Shown in pieces: positions 14,275 to 23,873 of a stretch of 28,765 nt of DNA. The stretch covers positions 1-28,765 of the IMG/VR virus record IMGVR_UViG_3300048886_000466; one strand, written 5' to 3'. The translations under genes were made by a program, and so were the position numbers. Position 1 is the first letter of the stretch, and the number at the start of each line of letters is the position of its first letter. This DNA comes from a virus. Taxonomy: Duplodnaviria > Caudoviricetes. A model generated the notes under the pieces. That model searched no databases. It had not been told where the DNA came from and saw only the letters and a program-made list of their open reading frames with translations.

Positions 14275-14679
14275 TTATCTACCCCTTCTCTTTCCTCGTT
14301 TACCACGTTTGCGCCCGCGGCTACTTTTAACGCCGGGAGTCGCAGCTAACGACTCCGTTTTGTCGGGTAATTCCGCAGGCAAGGTCTCTGAATACGCAGG
14401 TGTTGAACCTCCGGGGGCATGATGGATAAGACCCTGTTGTCCCGGTATCTGTACCCATACAGCCCTTTCACCTTCTTTAACAGGACGAACTTTAGCCAGC
14501 ATGTACTGCTTGTCAGCAAGCGGAACACGAATCTGGTGTCCGTCCAGCGTGTCATACAGGAAGCAATAGTCGTCTTGTTTGTCGTCTACTGCGATCCCGT
14601 AATCTTCGCTCTGGCTCACGACGTTATTTCCTCGAAAGGATTGTGCGTCTCGCCATTGTTGCATAGGTGAAGTTGTCAT
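14275..14679 (-). CDS. Hypothetical protein with Arg-rich C-terminus
   Basis: 134 aa; TAATG coupled to the MCP; ends SSRGRKRGKRGKRRGR. Confidence 0.75.
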   Translation of the reverse strand: MTTSPMQQWRDAQSFRGNNVVSQSEDYGIAVDDKQDDYCFLYDTLDGHQIRVPLADKQYMLAKVRPVKEGERAVWVQIPGQQGLIHHAPGGSTPAYSETLPAELPDKTESLAATPGVKSSRGRKRGKRGKRRGR

Positions 14680-15587
14680 TAGCTAATAGCATCTGTCGCT
14701 GAATAGACCTCAACAGCCCACTCATCAACAATTTCAGTTTCGCCCCAAGTACCGACAGTAACAATGTCAGTACCACGAGAACGAATGTCACGGTCGTCTT
14801 CAGCGTCGATCTCTTTTGCCATACAAAGTGCAAAAGCCTGAGGAGCAAAGACACAGCCCTTGGAGTCACCAGACCCATCACGGGAGATAACACCAGAGGA
14901 GTAAATCTGTACTCCGAATCGAGTTTCCTGACCACGCCAGTAGTTGTTGATGACATCGTCGGATGGGCCACTTGGGCGCGCACCAGCAGCCATAGTGGTA
15001 GAACCACCTGCCTGCAAACCAGAGTCATCTTCTACCAGACGACGTATCTGTTCCGGGTGTAATACAGCATTCACTCGACCACCCGGAGATGGGCCAAATG
15101 ATGCGTTGTTGTCGGTCTGCATATATGAAACTGCGCCAGCAAGTTGCCTAAAACCGAAGTTAGAGCCAGCACCCGGCATTGAAAGCCCGGTAACTGAGTC
15201 AAAGAGGGTGACGAGGTCAGACTCACGGAGACGACCAAGTGCAAGACCCTGCATCATTCCAACTTCAGCGAGAACATCTTCACTGTTTTCACGCTGTAAT
15301 ACATCAGACACGAAAGTCAGAACACCATGCTCAGAAGCGGTGACGTTACGAACAGTCACTGAAACTTGTTGAGCGTTCTGAATAGTTACACCCTCAGTAA
15401 GGGCAGCAGCAGTGAGACGACCCCACAATGGGATGTTCTTCTGCTTCTCGCCTTTAGCAAGGTCGTATCGTGATACCAAGCTGGCGGTTGGGCCAGCAGG
15501 TTCCACGTTAGCAATCGCGTCTGCAATAACAGTTGCAGCCATACTCGACAGACTCGACGAACTGGATAGTGTCAGACCTTCAGCCAT
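14679..15587 (-). CDS. Major capsid protein (HK97-fold inferred)
   Basis: 302 aa; follows the scaffold; GAGGA SD. 'NIP.WG.L.AAALTEG' E-loop-like segment, 'VSD.L', long backbone helix, 'VLHPEQ...L', 'FGVQIY.S', 'E.DRD...RGT.IV....WG'. Confidence 0.85.
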   Translation of the reverse strand: MAEGLTLSSSSSLSSMAATVIADAIANVEPAGPTASLVSRYDLAKGEKQKNIPLWGRLTAAALTEGVTIQNAQQVSVTVRNVTASEHGVLTFVSDVLQRENSEDVLAEVGMMQGLALGRLRESDLVTLFDSVTGLSMPGAGSNFGFRQLAGAVSYMQTDNNASFGPSPGGRVNAVLHPEQIRRLVEDDSGLQAGGSTTMAAGARPSGPSDDVINNYWRGQETRFGVQIYSSGVISRDGSGDSKGCVFAPQAFALCMAKEIDAEDDRDIRSRGTDIVTVGTWGETEIVDEWAVEVYSATDAIS

Positions 15588-15602
15588 GACTTTCCTCTTT
15601 CA

Positions 15603-16370
15603 TTATCGTCGCAACCACCCTTTCTCAGAGCCGATGCTTCGATACTCGTCGATGTTTATGTCGCCACGCTGAAATGCTTCCACGGCTTCTGACTTTGTCT
15701 CTATAGGAGATGTAGTCTGCGAAGGAGCCTCTTGCGTGGTTGGTGGCGGAGTCGCGGGTGCAGGAGTTGCTGCTGGAGCAGGAGCGGGAGCAGTTTTCAG
15801 GCGACTGATGTTGTTCTGCGCGAGAGTGTAATACTGCTCTGCAGTCATACCAGTCATTGCGCCTTCCCAAATACGGTTGTCCAGATGTGTCATCTGAAGC
15901 CCGTTCTGGGTAATTAACTGTGTCACGTTGTTGGCAAGGTTCAGTTTTTCATCTACAGAAAGTTCCTGTTGCTGCTGTTGCTGCTGTTGGGGAGCATCTG
16001 CTGGTGTCTGAGCCTTATTTCTCCAATATTCAACCTGTTCCTCTGGTTCCAACTGCTCAATTTGTGCCTGTTCCATTTTTGAGGTCAAATCCCTGAAGGG
16101 TTTTAATGCATCATCAACTCTGGAGTTCAGGTTGTCCTCAATCTGTTTCATTCGGTTCGCATTCCAATTGTTCTGCGTACCCTGATATTTATTGAAGACG
16201 TTTTCTATGTCACTAAGCGTTGGCCCTGAAGAAGCAGGAGCCTGTTCCGGTACTTTTTCCTGTACCTGTTCTTCTGCCTGAGCGGATTCATCCTGAGCAG
16301 CCAAAACTGTACTCGCTATTTCTTCCGCTGAATCTTGTGAAGCCGAAACTTCTTGTTTTTCGGTTGTCAT
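15603..16370 (-). CDS. Capsid scaffolding protein
   Basis: 255 aa; acidic and helical with poly-Q and PAPA linkers; short C-terminal helix pair (EAVEAFQRGDINIDEYR); directly upstream of the MCP. Confidence 0.7.
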   Translation of the reverse strand: MTTEKQEVSASQDSAEEIASTVLAAQDESAQAEEQVQEKVPEQAPASSGPTLSDIENVFNKYQGTQNNWNANRMKQIEDNLNSRVDDALKPFRDLTSKMEQAQIEQLEPEEQVEYWRNKAQTPADAPQQQQQQQQELSVDEKLNLANNVTQLITQNGLQMTHLDNRIWEGAMTGMTAEQYYTLAQNNISRLKTAPAPAPAATPAPATPPPTTQEAPSQTTSPIETKSEAVEAFQRGDINIDEYRSIGSEKGWLRR

Positions 16371-16436
16371 GGCCTAGACCTTACCCCTAGAGGTTGTTTA
16401 TATTCCCGATAAATTTACTAACTCCCGAAATAATAA

Positions 16437-19400
16437 TCAATATATTCCGGGTTTAATCCCAAATCGTTCAAGTGGTAGTGGGCCGTTATACCTTATATCT
16501 CTTCCAGCATTTTCGTAATCGTTTGCTGGGTGTCGAAGCGTTGAGGTAAAGCCCCACCTATATAACCAAGCGTCAAGATTTTGATCTCTAGCCCTCATTT
16601 CTTTTCTGACATCACTAATATTATTCCTAAATGTTTTAAGAATTGGATTGTCTTCTTCTAACTTATCACGCACATCTTGATTTGTTTCTTCTAACCACTG
16701 ATCCCAAAGTGCAGTAAGAACATCCCCGTTTTTACTACGCTCTAACACGGTCTCTTCTACATCTTTCCAGTAATGCTCGAATTGTCGTCTGCCTTGGTAA
16801 TACTCGTAAACCATGGCAGGGAGTTGACGACCCTCAGCAAATAACTGCTGAACATAGCTATAGACTTCATCGCCCCATGTTTGTCTGAACTTTTCTATTT
16901 CTTTATCTCTTTTCCTGAAATTAAACCCATCCGCTTCTTCAAAGTTTTCATGTCCAGAAATAATATTCGTTATGTACTCAACATAAGCCACATCTTCAGG
17001 GGTGTCCGGGCCAAACCGTGTTGCATTCTTTGCAAAATGTTCATTGACAAGAGCAAACTCCCCTTGCTCGTTATATAACTCATTTTCGACACGGCTTCTA
17101 CGTTGAGCATTTGCCCCCTTGAGCCAGATATTGCGGAACTGTGCAGGGTTAATTTGGTTTGCATCGAGATACGCTTGACCTTCAGCTAGTGCATCAGCCC
17201 ATTGGTCATTTATATCTGAGTTTCTATCCCAGAAAGCATCAATAGCTATATTTAATTCGTCTCCAATATCACCCCGTTCCGCCTTCATAATTATTTCTAA
17301 CTTATCAAGGGCGGCGGCATCTACTTCACTGATCTTCAAATCTTTATTGTAATTCCTGATCTTTGATTTCTGCAGCTTGTTCAGGTCTCCCCATTTTTTT
17401 CCGAAATTATCAAAGGCAATATCATCACGCATACTTCTTCGACGATCTGCTGCACTGGCAGGTCTGATGCGACCACCAAATACTTCAGCGACGGCTCCAA
17501 CAGGGCCGACCCTGTAAGGAGAGTCCAGTATCGTTGCCTCAACCCAAATAGGTGCAAGCTGGCGCGACAGGTGTTCTGTCCAGTCTCCGCCTTCATTAAG
17601 CTGTTTGCCCATGAAGTCATGTCCGGTCGCTAAGTCCCAGCCCAACCCTCCAACAGGGGCTGATCTGCCACGAAGGAACCTGACTATCGGGCTGTCATCT
17701 TTGTCCCACAATTTGGCCCGTGCTTCTTCATCCCATGCTGTGTTGGAAAGTTTGCCTGTAAGACGAGCCATCTGTGTCCAGAAAGAGCCAACCCCAATCA
17801 AGTCATCTCCAACCTTAAATGTCATAAAGTCAGATTTAGACGGGTTTAACTTCGGCTCTTCCCCATGGGCTTTCGCTAATGCCCAATATGTCAGTAATCC
17901 TGCACCAGCCATGCCCGTGATTGCGCGCCTTGCAAACTCTCCTTCAAGCCCACCATCAAAGAAGTTCTTCATCAATCCCATAGATGAACGGGTATAACGC
18001 TGCGAGAAGAATAATATGTTTCGTTCAATAGCACTCTGGTTAGGAGAAATCCCTGCATCAAGAGGATTCAATGCTCCAGTCATCTTATTTACAAATGACC
18101 CTAAAGCACTAAGTCCCTGATCTCCGCTATGCTGCAAAGCGGTTTCGCGCATTACCCTGTAATACTCAATCCTTAGAAAGTCCCCCGGAGCAACATAAGC
18201 ACGTTCAAATGGCTTCGCTATAGTCTTTACAATTTCATCAAATTCTCTTCCCGGTCTCCCAAGCCCCGCAAAAGCAGTCTGGTTTTGAACAGCTATGAAT
18301 ATATCCGTTGCATTTCTTGAAAGCTGAATACGCCCTTTACTTATGGCTTCTGAAAGAATTTCTCTATTTTGAATCAGGTTTCGCGTAAGAACTTCTGCGT
18401 TAGCCGTTGATTCAAATCCTTTCCCTACAGCCTTACCCCAGATAGTAAATAACTCCAACCCTTTTTTCGGGTTCTGTAGGAAGGTAGAAGCTGCGAACCC
18501 AAGTGCGGGAAGACCCTGAATCAGTGGGAACCCGAAGTCAAATCCTGTCTTACCAACCCTGATCGTGTCTCCAATCTCAGCGAGTTTGTCCATAGTATCT
18601 CCGCCGATACGTTTGGTTGCGCCAAGACTTTTCAGTATGTTCCCAAGTTCATCTTTATCTTTAAACAACAACCCGGCATAAGCTGGCATATCGACATTGA
18701 AATCTTTTTTAGGGTTGAAAGTAGTTTTATTTAAGTCCTTCATATCTGTACTGAAGGCTTCTTTTAAACTCTTAATTTCTGCCTTTCGGCTCTCAAGGCT
18801 AGTTAACTTATTTATCGCTTTGGCTTTTTGAGCAAAATGGGTCATCCCATTATTTTCAAGCCATTGGATGCTTTCTTCCTTGACTTTAGCCCATTCTCCC
18901 ATTCCGCCTTCTGGATTCTTCTTGGTTTTTTTAAGTTTGCGACGTTTCCTCCCAAAAGTAGCAAGCACACCTTTTCGTACTTTGTTAAGGCGGTTTGTAT
19001 CTATAACTTGAGCCTGATTGCCTTCCGCAAGTCTTCTTGCAGTTCTTGTTAATTGTTCATCACGAGCAGCACGGTATGCTCCACGGAGAAGGTTTTCCAT
19101 TGACTGGAATGGATCATTAAGGGACAAGTTCTCATTATCGACAGCATCTTGTAATTTCTTGCGGGTTAGCTTTCTTGTCTGCAGGTTCATAGGCGTTGAA
19201 CCAATAGCGGTTACACCTTCTCCTGACTTAGCCATGTTGAACAACCAGCTATCATCCATCTCAAGAAATCTTGGTGCATACATCATCCCGCGAACCGCAT
19301 CGTCTGACTTGGTTATCCAATCAACCTTTACCCCTGCTTCCGACAGCATTATGCCTACATCAGCAGAATAGTTCTGATATGTCCAAACAAAGTTCGCAAT

Positions 19401-20933
19401 GTCAGAATGCTTTCCGCCCTCAAAGCCGTCCCTGATAAGGTCTTCATTCTTATTGAGCATCCTGAAGCTGTTTTCACCCTTAGTTGCTCCTGTTGCTAGA
19501 ACTGTTTTTCCCGTCTTTTTATTTTTGAACCTAGCGTTTCCAAGGTCTACATCTTTATAGCGAGATATAGTTCGGTTATCATTTTTGAATAATAATTCCA
19601 CAGCATTAACCCATGCCATGCCGTCAAGTTTTGTGCCAGTGCCAGTTATTTGTCCGTATTCGCCAAGACCAAACCCTGACGCTTGTTTAAAGTTCCTGCC
19701 TTCACTTCCTTTGCGTATCTTTCCAAAGACTTTCCTTATTTTTCCTGCCACCCACCCATCTCCATAATCTAATACTTCCTCTCCTGTGCGCTCTGGAAAA
19801 CTTTTTAACTTAAGGTCATCAAAGAGTCGAGCCATCGTATGAGCAATAGTAGCTTCAGAAATGGCAAGGTTTCTCATATGCCCTGCTGCACTTGTTCTCA
19901 TCTCATTTGAAGTATCAAGCAATATATTCGGGCTAATAAGATTCAGGAATCCAGTTATGGTTCCCTTTATAACAGGAATATCAGGAATAGCAGATATGAA
20001 CTGTCTAAGAGTGCTGGATTGCTGTTCATTAATAATGTCACCAGTCTCTCCAACTTGTTCAATAGGAAGGACGTTCCTGTTTTCAGTTACCTCTGGAACT
20101 TTCGCCTCTATATCTATATTTCTAAACTTACGAGTCAGACCCTTTGAAGCACCTACAGCTATATCAAGCCCGGTTGCTCCCATCACTCCTCGACCAAGCC
20201 CTCGCCCGACAGACCCAACTCCTGCCCTCAAACCTGTTCGTGCTGCAGTACCAACGGCAGAAGTTCCACCTGTAAGTATTGCGAGGATGGCATCAGGAAG
20301 TAATTCGATACCTCCCTTTACTCCAACAGAAATCTGATGTAATTTTCTATCTCCGCCAAGACCTATCTCAAAAGGCAATGTAACTTGAGTTGAAGGCATG
20401 TCTGTCTGGCGGAATGCTTCAGCAAGGTTTTGTGCCTGACCAGCTAAATTCCATGGCTGTGGATCGCCTTTCTCTTCTTCTATGCGATTTAAGTTAGCCT
20501 GAAAGCCAAATAAATCTCCGGGCGTAACTGCTCCTGCCAGACCGACGGCAGCACCACCAAAGGTTTCAATACCTTTTTGAAGATTCTCAAGAACGCCAAG
20601 ACCTATTCCTGCCCCGGTTTCTAAGACACCAGAACCAAAGAACGAACCAAATTCTGGCTTTCCTCTTTTATCTACAGCAGCCGTGGGTGCATAAACATCT
20701 GCCTGCTGCACCCCGAAAGGAAGCCTTGATGGTCGTTGAGCAGTTTGTTGAGCCGTAAATGCTGCCTGCTGTCCTTGAGGAATAGTAGGGATAACTGGTT
20801 CGGCTAATGCAGTTCGAGGTGGCTGGTCGAGAATCCCTTGAGCCGCTTGACTTGCTCGCGCATATTTAGCCCTTCTGGTTAATTCACGTAAACGCCTCTG
20901 ACGTTCTTCACGTTTTTCTCTCAGAGTCGCCAA
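16437..20933 (-). CDS. Large putative internal virion / DNA-ejection protein (large polyvalent-protein-like C-terminal region)
   Basis: 1498 aa; TTG start adjacent to the upstream stop. Hydrophobic Gly-rich segments near the N-terminus; 'FFSQRYTRS', 'NPSKSDFMTFKVG', 'FLRGRSAPV.GL.WDL.TG.DFMG' patterns of podovirus-type ejection proteins. Confidence 0.6.
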   Translation of the reverse strand: MATLREKREERQRRLRELTRRAKYARASQAAQGILDQPPRTALAEPVIPTIPQGQQAAFTAQQTAQRPSRLPFGVQQADVYAPTAAVDKRGKPEFGSFFGSGVLETGAGIGLGVLENLQKGIETFGGAAVGLAGAVTPGDLFGFQANLNRIEEEKGDPQPWNLAGQAQNLAEAFRQTDMPSTQVTLPFEIGLGGDRKLHQISVGVKGGIELLPDAILAILTGGTSAVGTAARTGLRAGVGSVGRGLGRGVMGATGLDIAVGASKGLTRKFRNIDIEAKVPEVTENRNVLPIEQVGETGDIINEQQSSTLRQFISAIPDIPVIKGTITGFLNLISPNILLDTSNEMRTSAAGHMRNLAISEATIAHTMARLFDDLKLKSFPERTGEEVLDYGDGWVAGKIRKVFGKIRKGSEGRNFKQASGFGLGEYGQITGTGTKLDGMAWVNAVELLFKNDNRTISRYKDVDLGNARFKNKKTGKTVLATGATKGENSFRMLNKNEDLIRDGFEGGKHSDIANFVWTYQNYSADVGIMLSEAGVKVDWITKSDDAVRGMMYAPRFLEMDDSWLFNMAKSGEGVTAIGSTPMNLQTRKLTRKKLQDAVDNENLSLNDPFQSMENLLRGAYRAARDEQLTRTARRLAEGNQAQVIDTNRLNKVRKGVLATFGRKRRKLKKTKKNPEGGMGEWAKVKEESIQWLENNGMTHFAQKAKAINKLTSLESRKAEIKSLKEAFSTDMKDLNKTTFNPKKDFNVDMPAYAGLLFKDKDELGNILKSLGATKRIGGDTMDKLAEIGDTIRVGKTGFDFGFPLIQGLPALGFAASTFLQNPKKGLELFTIWGKAVGKGFESTANAEVLTRNLIQNREILSEAISKGRIQLSRNATDIFIAVQNQTAFAGLGRPGREFDEIVKTIAKPFERAYVAPGDFLRIEYYRVMRETALQHSGDQGLSALGSFVNKMTGALNPLDAGISPNQSAIERNILFFSQRYTRSSMGLMKNFFDGGLEGEFARRAITGMAGAGLLTYWALAKAHGEEPKLNPSKSDFMTFKVGDDLIGVGSFWTQMARLTGKLSNTAWDEEARAKLWDKDDSPIVRFLRGRSAPVGGLGWDLATGHDFMGKQLNEGGDWTEHLSRQLAPIWVEATILDSPYRVGPVGAVAEVFGGRIRPASAADRRRSMRDDIAFDNFGKKWGDLNKLQKSKIRNYNKDLKISEVDAAALDKLEIIMKAERGDIGDELNIAIDAFWDRNSDINDQWADALAEGQAYLDANQINPAQFRNIWLKGANAQRRSRVENELYNEQGEFALVNEHFAKNATRFGPDTPEDVAYVEYITNIISGHENFEEADGFNFRKRDKEIEKFRQTWGDEVYSYVQQLFAEGRQLPAMVYEYYQGRRQFEHYWKDVEETVLERSKNGDVLTALWDQWLEETNQDVRDKLEEDNPILKTFRNNISDVRKEMRARDQNLDAWLYRWGFTSTLRHPANDYENAGRDIRYNGPLPLERFGIKPGIY

Positions 20934-23696
20934 TTAAACCCCCTGAGGCGTAACCGTCTGCGCCTGTTGGAATATCTGGCTGGGAGTCTGGTAATTCTGA
21001 GCAGCCTGTTGTCCCTGATAGAAGCCAAGTTGCTCGTCAGTTAAGCCTGAGAGGTCTGCCATCGTGGGATTTGTTGGAACAGTAGGGGAACTCTGCGGGA
21101 CATTCAGTCCGAATAGCGATGCAGGAATATTACCTTCAGGGCTGTCAGCTATGTTTTGCAGGAATCCACTCTGTCCAGCGAATCCTACGGCTGCGGGATT
21201 GCCTATGAAATTCAGGTAGTTCGCCATATTCTGCGGAGCAGCACCAGCCTGTACTTCGGCAAGTCTCTGTGTCGGAGTAAGTCCACCTCTCGCAAGAGAG
21301 TTCTGGAGAGCCATTGCCTCATTTGCGGTAAATCCAAACGGATTGCCCGGAGCCTGTGCAAGTGCAAGTTGCTGTTCTGGAGTAAGTCCACCACGAAGAA
21401 TCGTGCTGATATCACCCATTCCCTGACCAAGCTGTGCTGCTTGGAATGGGCCTGCTGCAGCCTGAGCCTGTTGAACTCCAAGTATGTCCTGATATCTGGC
21501 ATCAGGTGCTGTACTCAGCGCGCCAAATGGAGTTGCACCTGCCTGTGCTGCAACATTTTGCATACCTGTAAATTGTTCATTAGACAGACCATAAGGATTA
21601 TATTGCTGACCAAGAATGGCTTCGGCATCTGTCAGCCTTTGCGCCCTGTCTGCTGCATCTTCACCTGCCCCAACATATCCAAACGGACTTGCGGCTTCTG
21701 CCTGAAGTGCCGCTGCTCCTGTAACCGCACCTGCCTGAGTAGTTGCTGCGGTAGTAGTAGCAGTTGCCTGCAACCCTGTAATAATTTCTGTTTTGTCCAG
21801 TTCAGTTAATGCTTGATTTGCCTGTAATTCGGCAATAGCTATATTCGTAGCCTGTCTTGTATCTTCTTGAATCTGTGCAATGGCTTCAGCTTTTTCAAGT
21901 TCACTTAATGCTTGGTTGTTTTGAAGTCCAGCCATCGCCGTCTGAGCGGTTATCTGCATTTCCTGCTGAAGTTCAGCGATTGCCTTTGCTTTATCCAGTT
22001 CACCAAGAATGGTGGTTTCTCTAAGTTGCTGTTGAGCAAGCTGTCCTGCTGTCTGAGCATCAGACTGTATCGTGGCAATAGCTTCGGCTTTATCCAACTC
22101 ATTTATAGCCGCGCTGTTCTGAAGAGCCTGAATTGCAAGCTGTGCTTCTTTTTGCATCTCAGCCTGAGTAGTGGCAATGTCTTTTTGCGCCTCAGTACCA
22201 GCAAGTGTTGCCTGAAGCTGCTGCGCTCCCGTTCCTAGGATGGTTGCCTGTTCGAGTCTGGCTAACTCTTCTGCTTCCTCAGATCGACGTTCGGCTATTT
22301 GCTTATCTATGCCTGCTACATCACCTGCCGACAATCTTTGGATTTCAGCAATTTTTTGGTTTGTCTCAGCAGTGATCCTGTCCCGCTCCATCTGGCGGTC
22401 GATATCTTCTGATCTCAGGTTAACTTCTGCTTCGCGGGCTTCCCGCTCTAACGCAGCAAGCAACTCGCCACTCGCCAGTTGATTTTCAAACTGCTGCATA
22501 GCTTCAGTATGATGAAGTTGTTGCTGCTGTTGCTGAGTCTCCCACTGCCCTTTCTGAATCTCAAACTGCTTCATAGTTTCAGCATGTTGTCGATCAGATG
22601 CCTTATCAGACTTTTCTCCCTGATGTATCAACAGGTTGTATTCGTTCGTTGCCGCCTGTTGCTGGAGTCGGAATTGAAGGTCTTCTTTTTGATTTAAGTA
22701 ATTAAATTCCTGTTGCCTGTTAAATTCAGAAATCTCAGCAATTTCTACATCGGCATCAGCCCTTATCTGTGCAACATCTTTTGCAGAAAGCCCCTCTTCC
22801 TTGGCATAGGCAAGCTGACTATCCTTGTTCATCTTGGCTATTTGAAATGCTCCCGCATTATCAAGAAGGGCAAGTTGCTGCTTGTTAACATATCCAGATT
22901 GTTCGGTAGCAATATCCATAGCCATCGCAACCCATGGATTAAGCGACTGGATTCCTGTGGACTCATCTGTATAAATTAACTTGGCATCTTCGCCTTGAAG
23001 TGTTTGCAGAAACTGTTGGGGGTTATCAATAAGGTCTTCGATTTTTATAGCTTCGCCAGACTCAGCAAGACTATCTCCCAGAACAGTCCAGAAATTACCT
23101 CCATCTCCAGCCGCACTTCCTCCCAGCATCCACGCATTTGCGTTCTTGTTATATTCTGCTATTGCATCATCAATCCACTTAGTGCCTTTTCCGGTTTCTC
23201 CGCTGATCTTTTCTTTAGTGTCGTCTATTGAGGCTTCTCTATTATTTTCTATATTTTGTTTTGCCGTGTTCTTGTAGCCGCTATCAGTAAGATCGAACGA
23301 GGCAAGTCCTTGGTCAATATTGGCTATCGTAGGGTTAAAAGAACTTTGAGGAGGCGAACGTCTAAAAGCTGTCGTATCCATATCTGGATAGTTTTCGCTG
23401 ACATCTCCAGTTCGACCCGTAGTTCGATAAAAGTCAATAGTATCTGCGTCTTTTGTTATGACAGCGTTCATTAGAGGAACACCGAGGAATAAGTTGTCAT
23501 CCTGCGGCCCACCAGCAAAGGTGAAAACTATATTGCTGTCTAGTCCAGTAACGTGCATTATCAACCGACGTGCCTGATCGTCGTTAACAATGGGAGAACC
23601 CGGCCCACCTATATATATTTTATTTTGGTCAGGATTTACAAACCCCTGAAAAGAACTCCGGTATTCTTCTGGAATTTCGTATGTAAAGTTAGCCAT
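20934..23696 (-). CDS. Gln/Ala-rich coiled-coil protein, putative DNA pilot / ejection protein
   Basis: 920 aa; long Q/A/E-rich helical centre with exact 33-aa repeats; Pro/Gly/Gln-rich C-terminus with PFG repeats. Confidence 0.6.
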   Translation of the reverse strand: MANFTYEIPEEYRSSFQGFVNPDQNKIYIGGPGSPIVNDDQARRLIMHVTGLDSNIVFTFAGGPQDDNLFLGVPLMNAVITKDADTIDFYRTTGRTGDVSENYPDMDTTAFRRSPPQSSFNPTIANIDQGLASFDLTDSGYKNTAKQNIENNREASIDDTKEKISGETGKGTKWIDDAIAEYNKNANAWMLGGSAAGDGGNFWTVLGDSLAESGEAIKIEDLIDNPQQFLQTLQGEDAKLIYTDESTGIQSLNPWVAMAMDIATEQSGYVNKQQLALLDNAGAFQIAKMNKDSQLAYAKEEGLSAKDVAQIRADADVEIAEISEFNRQQEFNYLNQKEDLQFRLQQQAATNEYNLLIHQGEKSDKASDRQHAETMKQFEIQKGQWETQQQQQQLHHTEAMQQFENQLASGELLAALEREAREAEVNLRSEDIDRQMERDRITAETNQKIAEIQRLSAGDVAGIDKQIAERRSEEAEELARLEQATILGTGAQQLQATLAGTEAQKDIATTQAEMQKEAQLAIQALQNSAAINELDKAEAIATIQSDAQTAGQLAQQQLRETTILGELDKAKAIAELQQEMQITAQTAMAGLQNNQALSELEKAEAIAQIQEDTRQATNIAIAELQANQALTELDKTEIITGLQATATTTAATTQAGAVTGAAALQAEAASPFGYVGAGEDAADRAQRLTDAEAILGQQYNPYGLSNEQFTGMQNVAAQAGATPFGALSTAPDARYQDILGVQQAQAAAGPFQAAQLGQGMGDISTILRGGLTPEQQLALAQAPGNPFGFTANEAMALQNSLARGGLTPTQRLAEVQAGAAPQNMANYLNFIGNPAAVGFAGQSGFLQNIADSPEGNIPASLFGLNVPQSSPTVPTNPTMADLSGLTDEQLGFYQGQQAAQNYQTPSQIFQQAQTVTPQGV
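21770..22100 (-). repeat. 33-aa (99-nt) tandem repeat, at least 3.3 units
   Basis: ELDKAEAIATIQ / ELDKAKAIAELQ / ELEKAEAIAQIQ / ELDKTEIITGLQ start exactly 33 residues apart (22100, 22001, 21902, 21803). Confidence 0.9.
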
Positions 23697-23873
23697 TTAT
23701 ATACTCCCAAACGGGTTCATCGGACGACGTTGTTGCTTCTGCTTACCGCCCGGAGGGTCAATCTCTGCATCCTGAATCTGCTTCGGGATGGTCTCAAGGT
23801 ATCGTTTCGCGATCTCGTCAAATTGCTCAACAGCCTGTGTTATGACATTAGTTGGCTTGTTTTTCTTTGCCAC
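23697..23873 (-). CDS. 58-aa protein after the portal, MAKKNKPTNVITQAVEQFDEIAKRYLETIPKQIQDAEIDPPGGKQKQQRRPMNPFGSI (not in ORF track)
   Basis: GTG start overlaps the portal TAG (TAGTG); its TAA abuts the next ATG; fills the gap exactly. Confidence 0.75.
   Translation of the reverse strand: MAKKNKPTNVITQAVEQFDEIAKRYLETIPKQIQDAEIDPPGGKQKQQRRPMNPFGSI

Noticed and set aside
14624-14720. T7 gp10B-like programmed frameshift extending the MCP
   Set aside because: There is no slippery heptamer near the MCP stop, and the TAATG overlap explains the downstream gene.
15960-15990. Poly-Gln (CAG/CAA) tract in the scaffold as a contingency locus
   Set aside because: It is a short, mixed-codon, in-frame linker typical of scaffolding proteins.
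20850-20933. Possible Tat signal peptide in the 1498-aa protein (RQRRLRELTRRAKY)
   Set aside because: The RR pairs are not followed by the x-F-L-K consensus or a hydrophobic h-region. I found no convincing Tat substrate among the window's proteins.
20934-23696. Tape-measure protein call for the 920-aa repeat protein
   Set aside because: No major tail tube, tail assembly chaperone or baseplate genes are recognisable, and the gene lies in the head region. An ejection/pilot role fits better.
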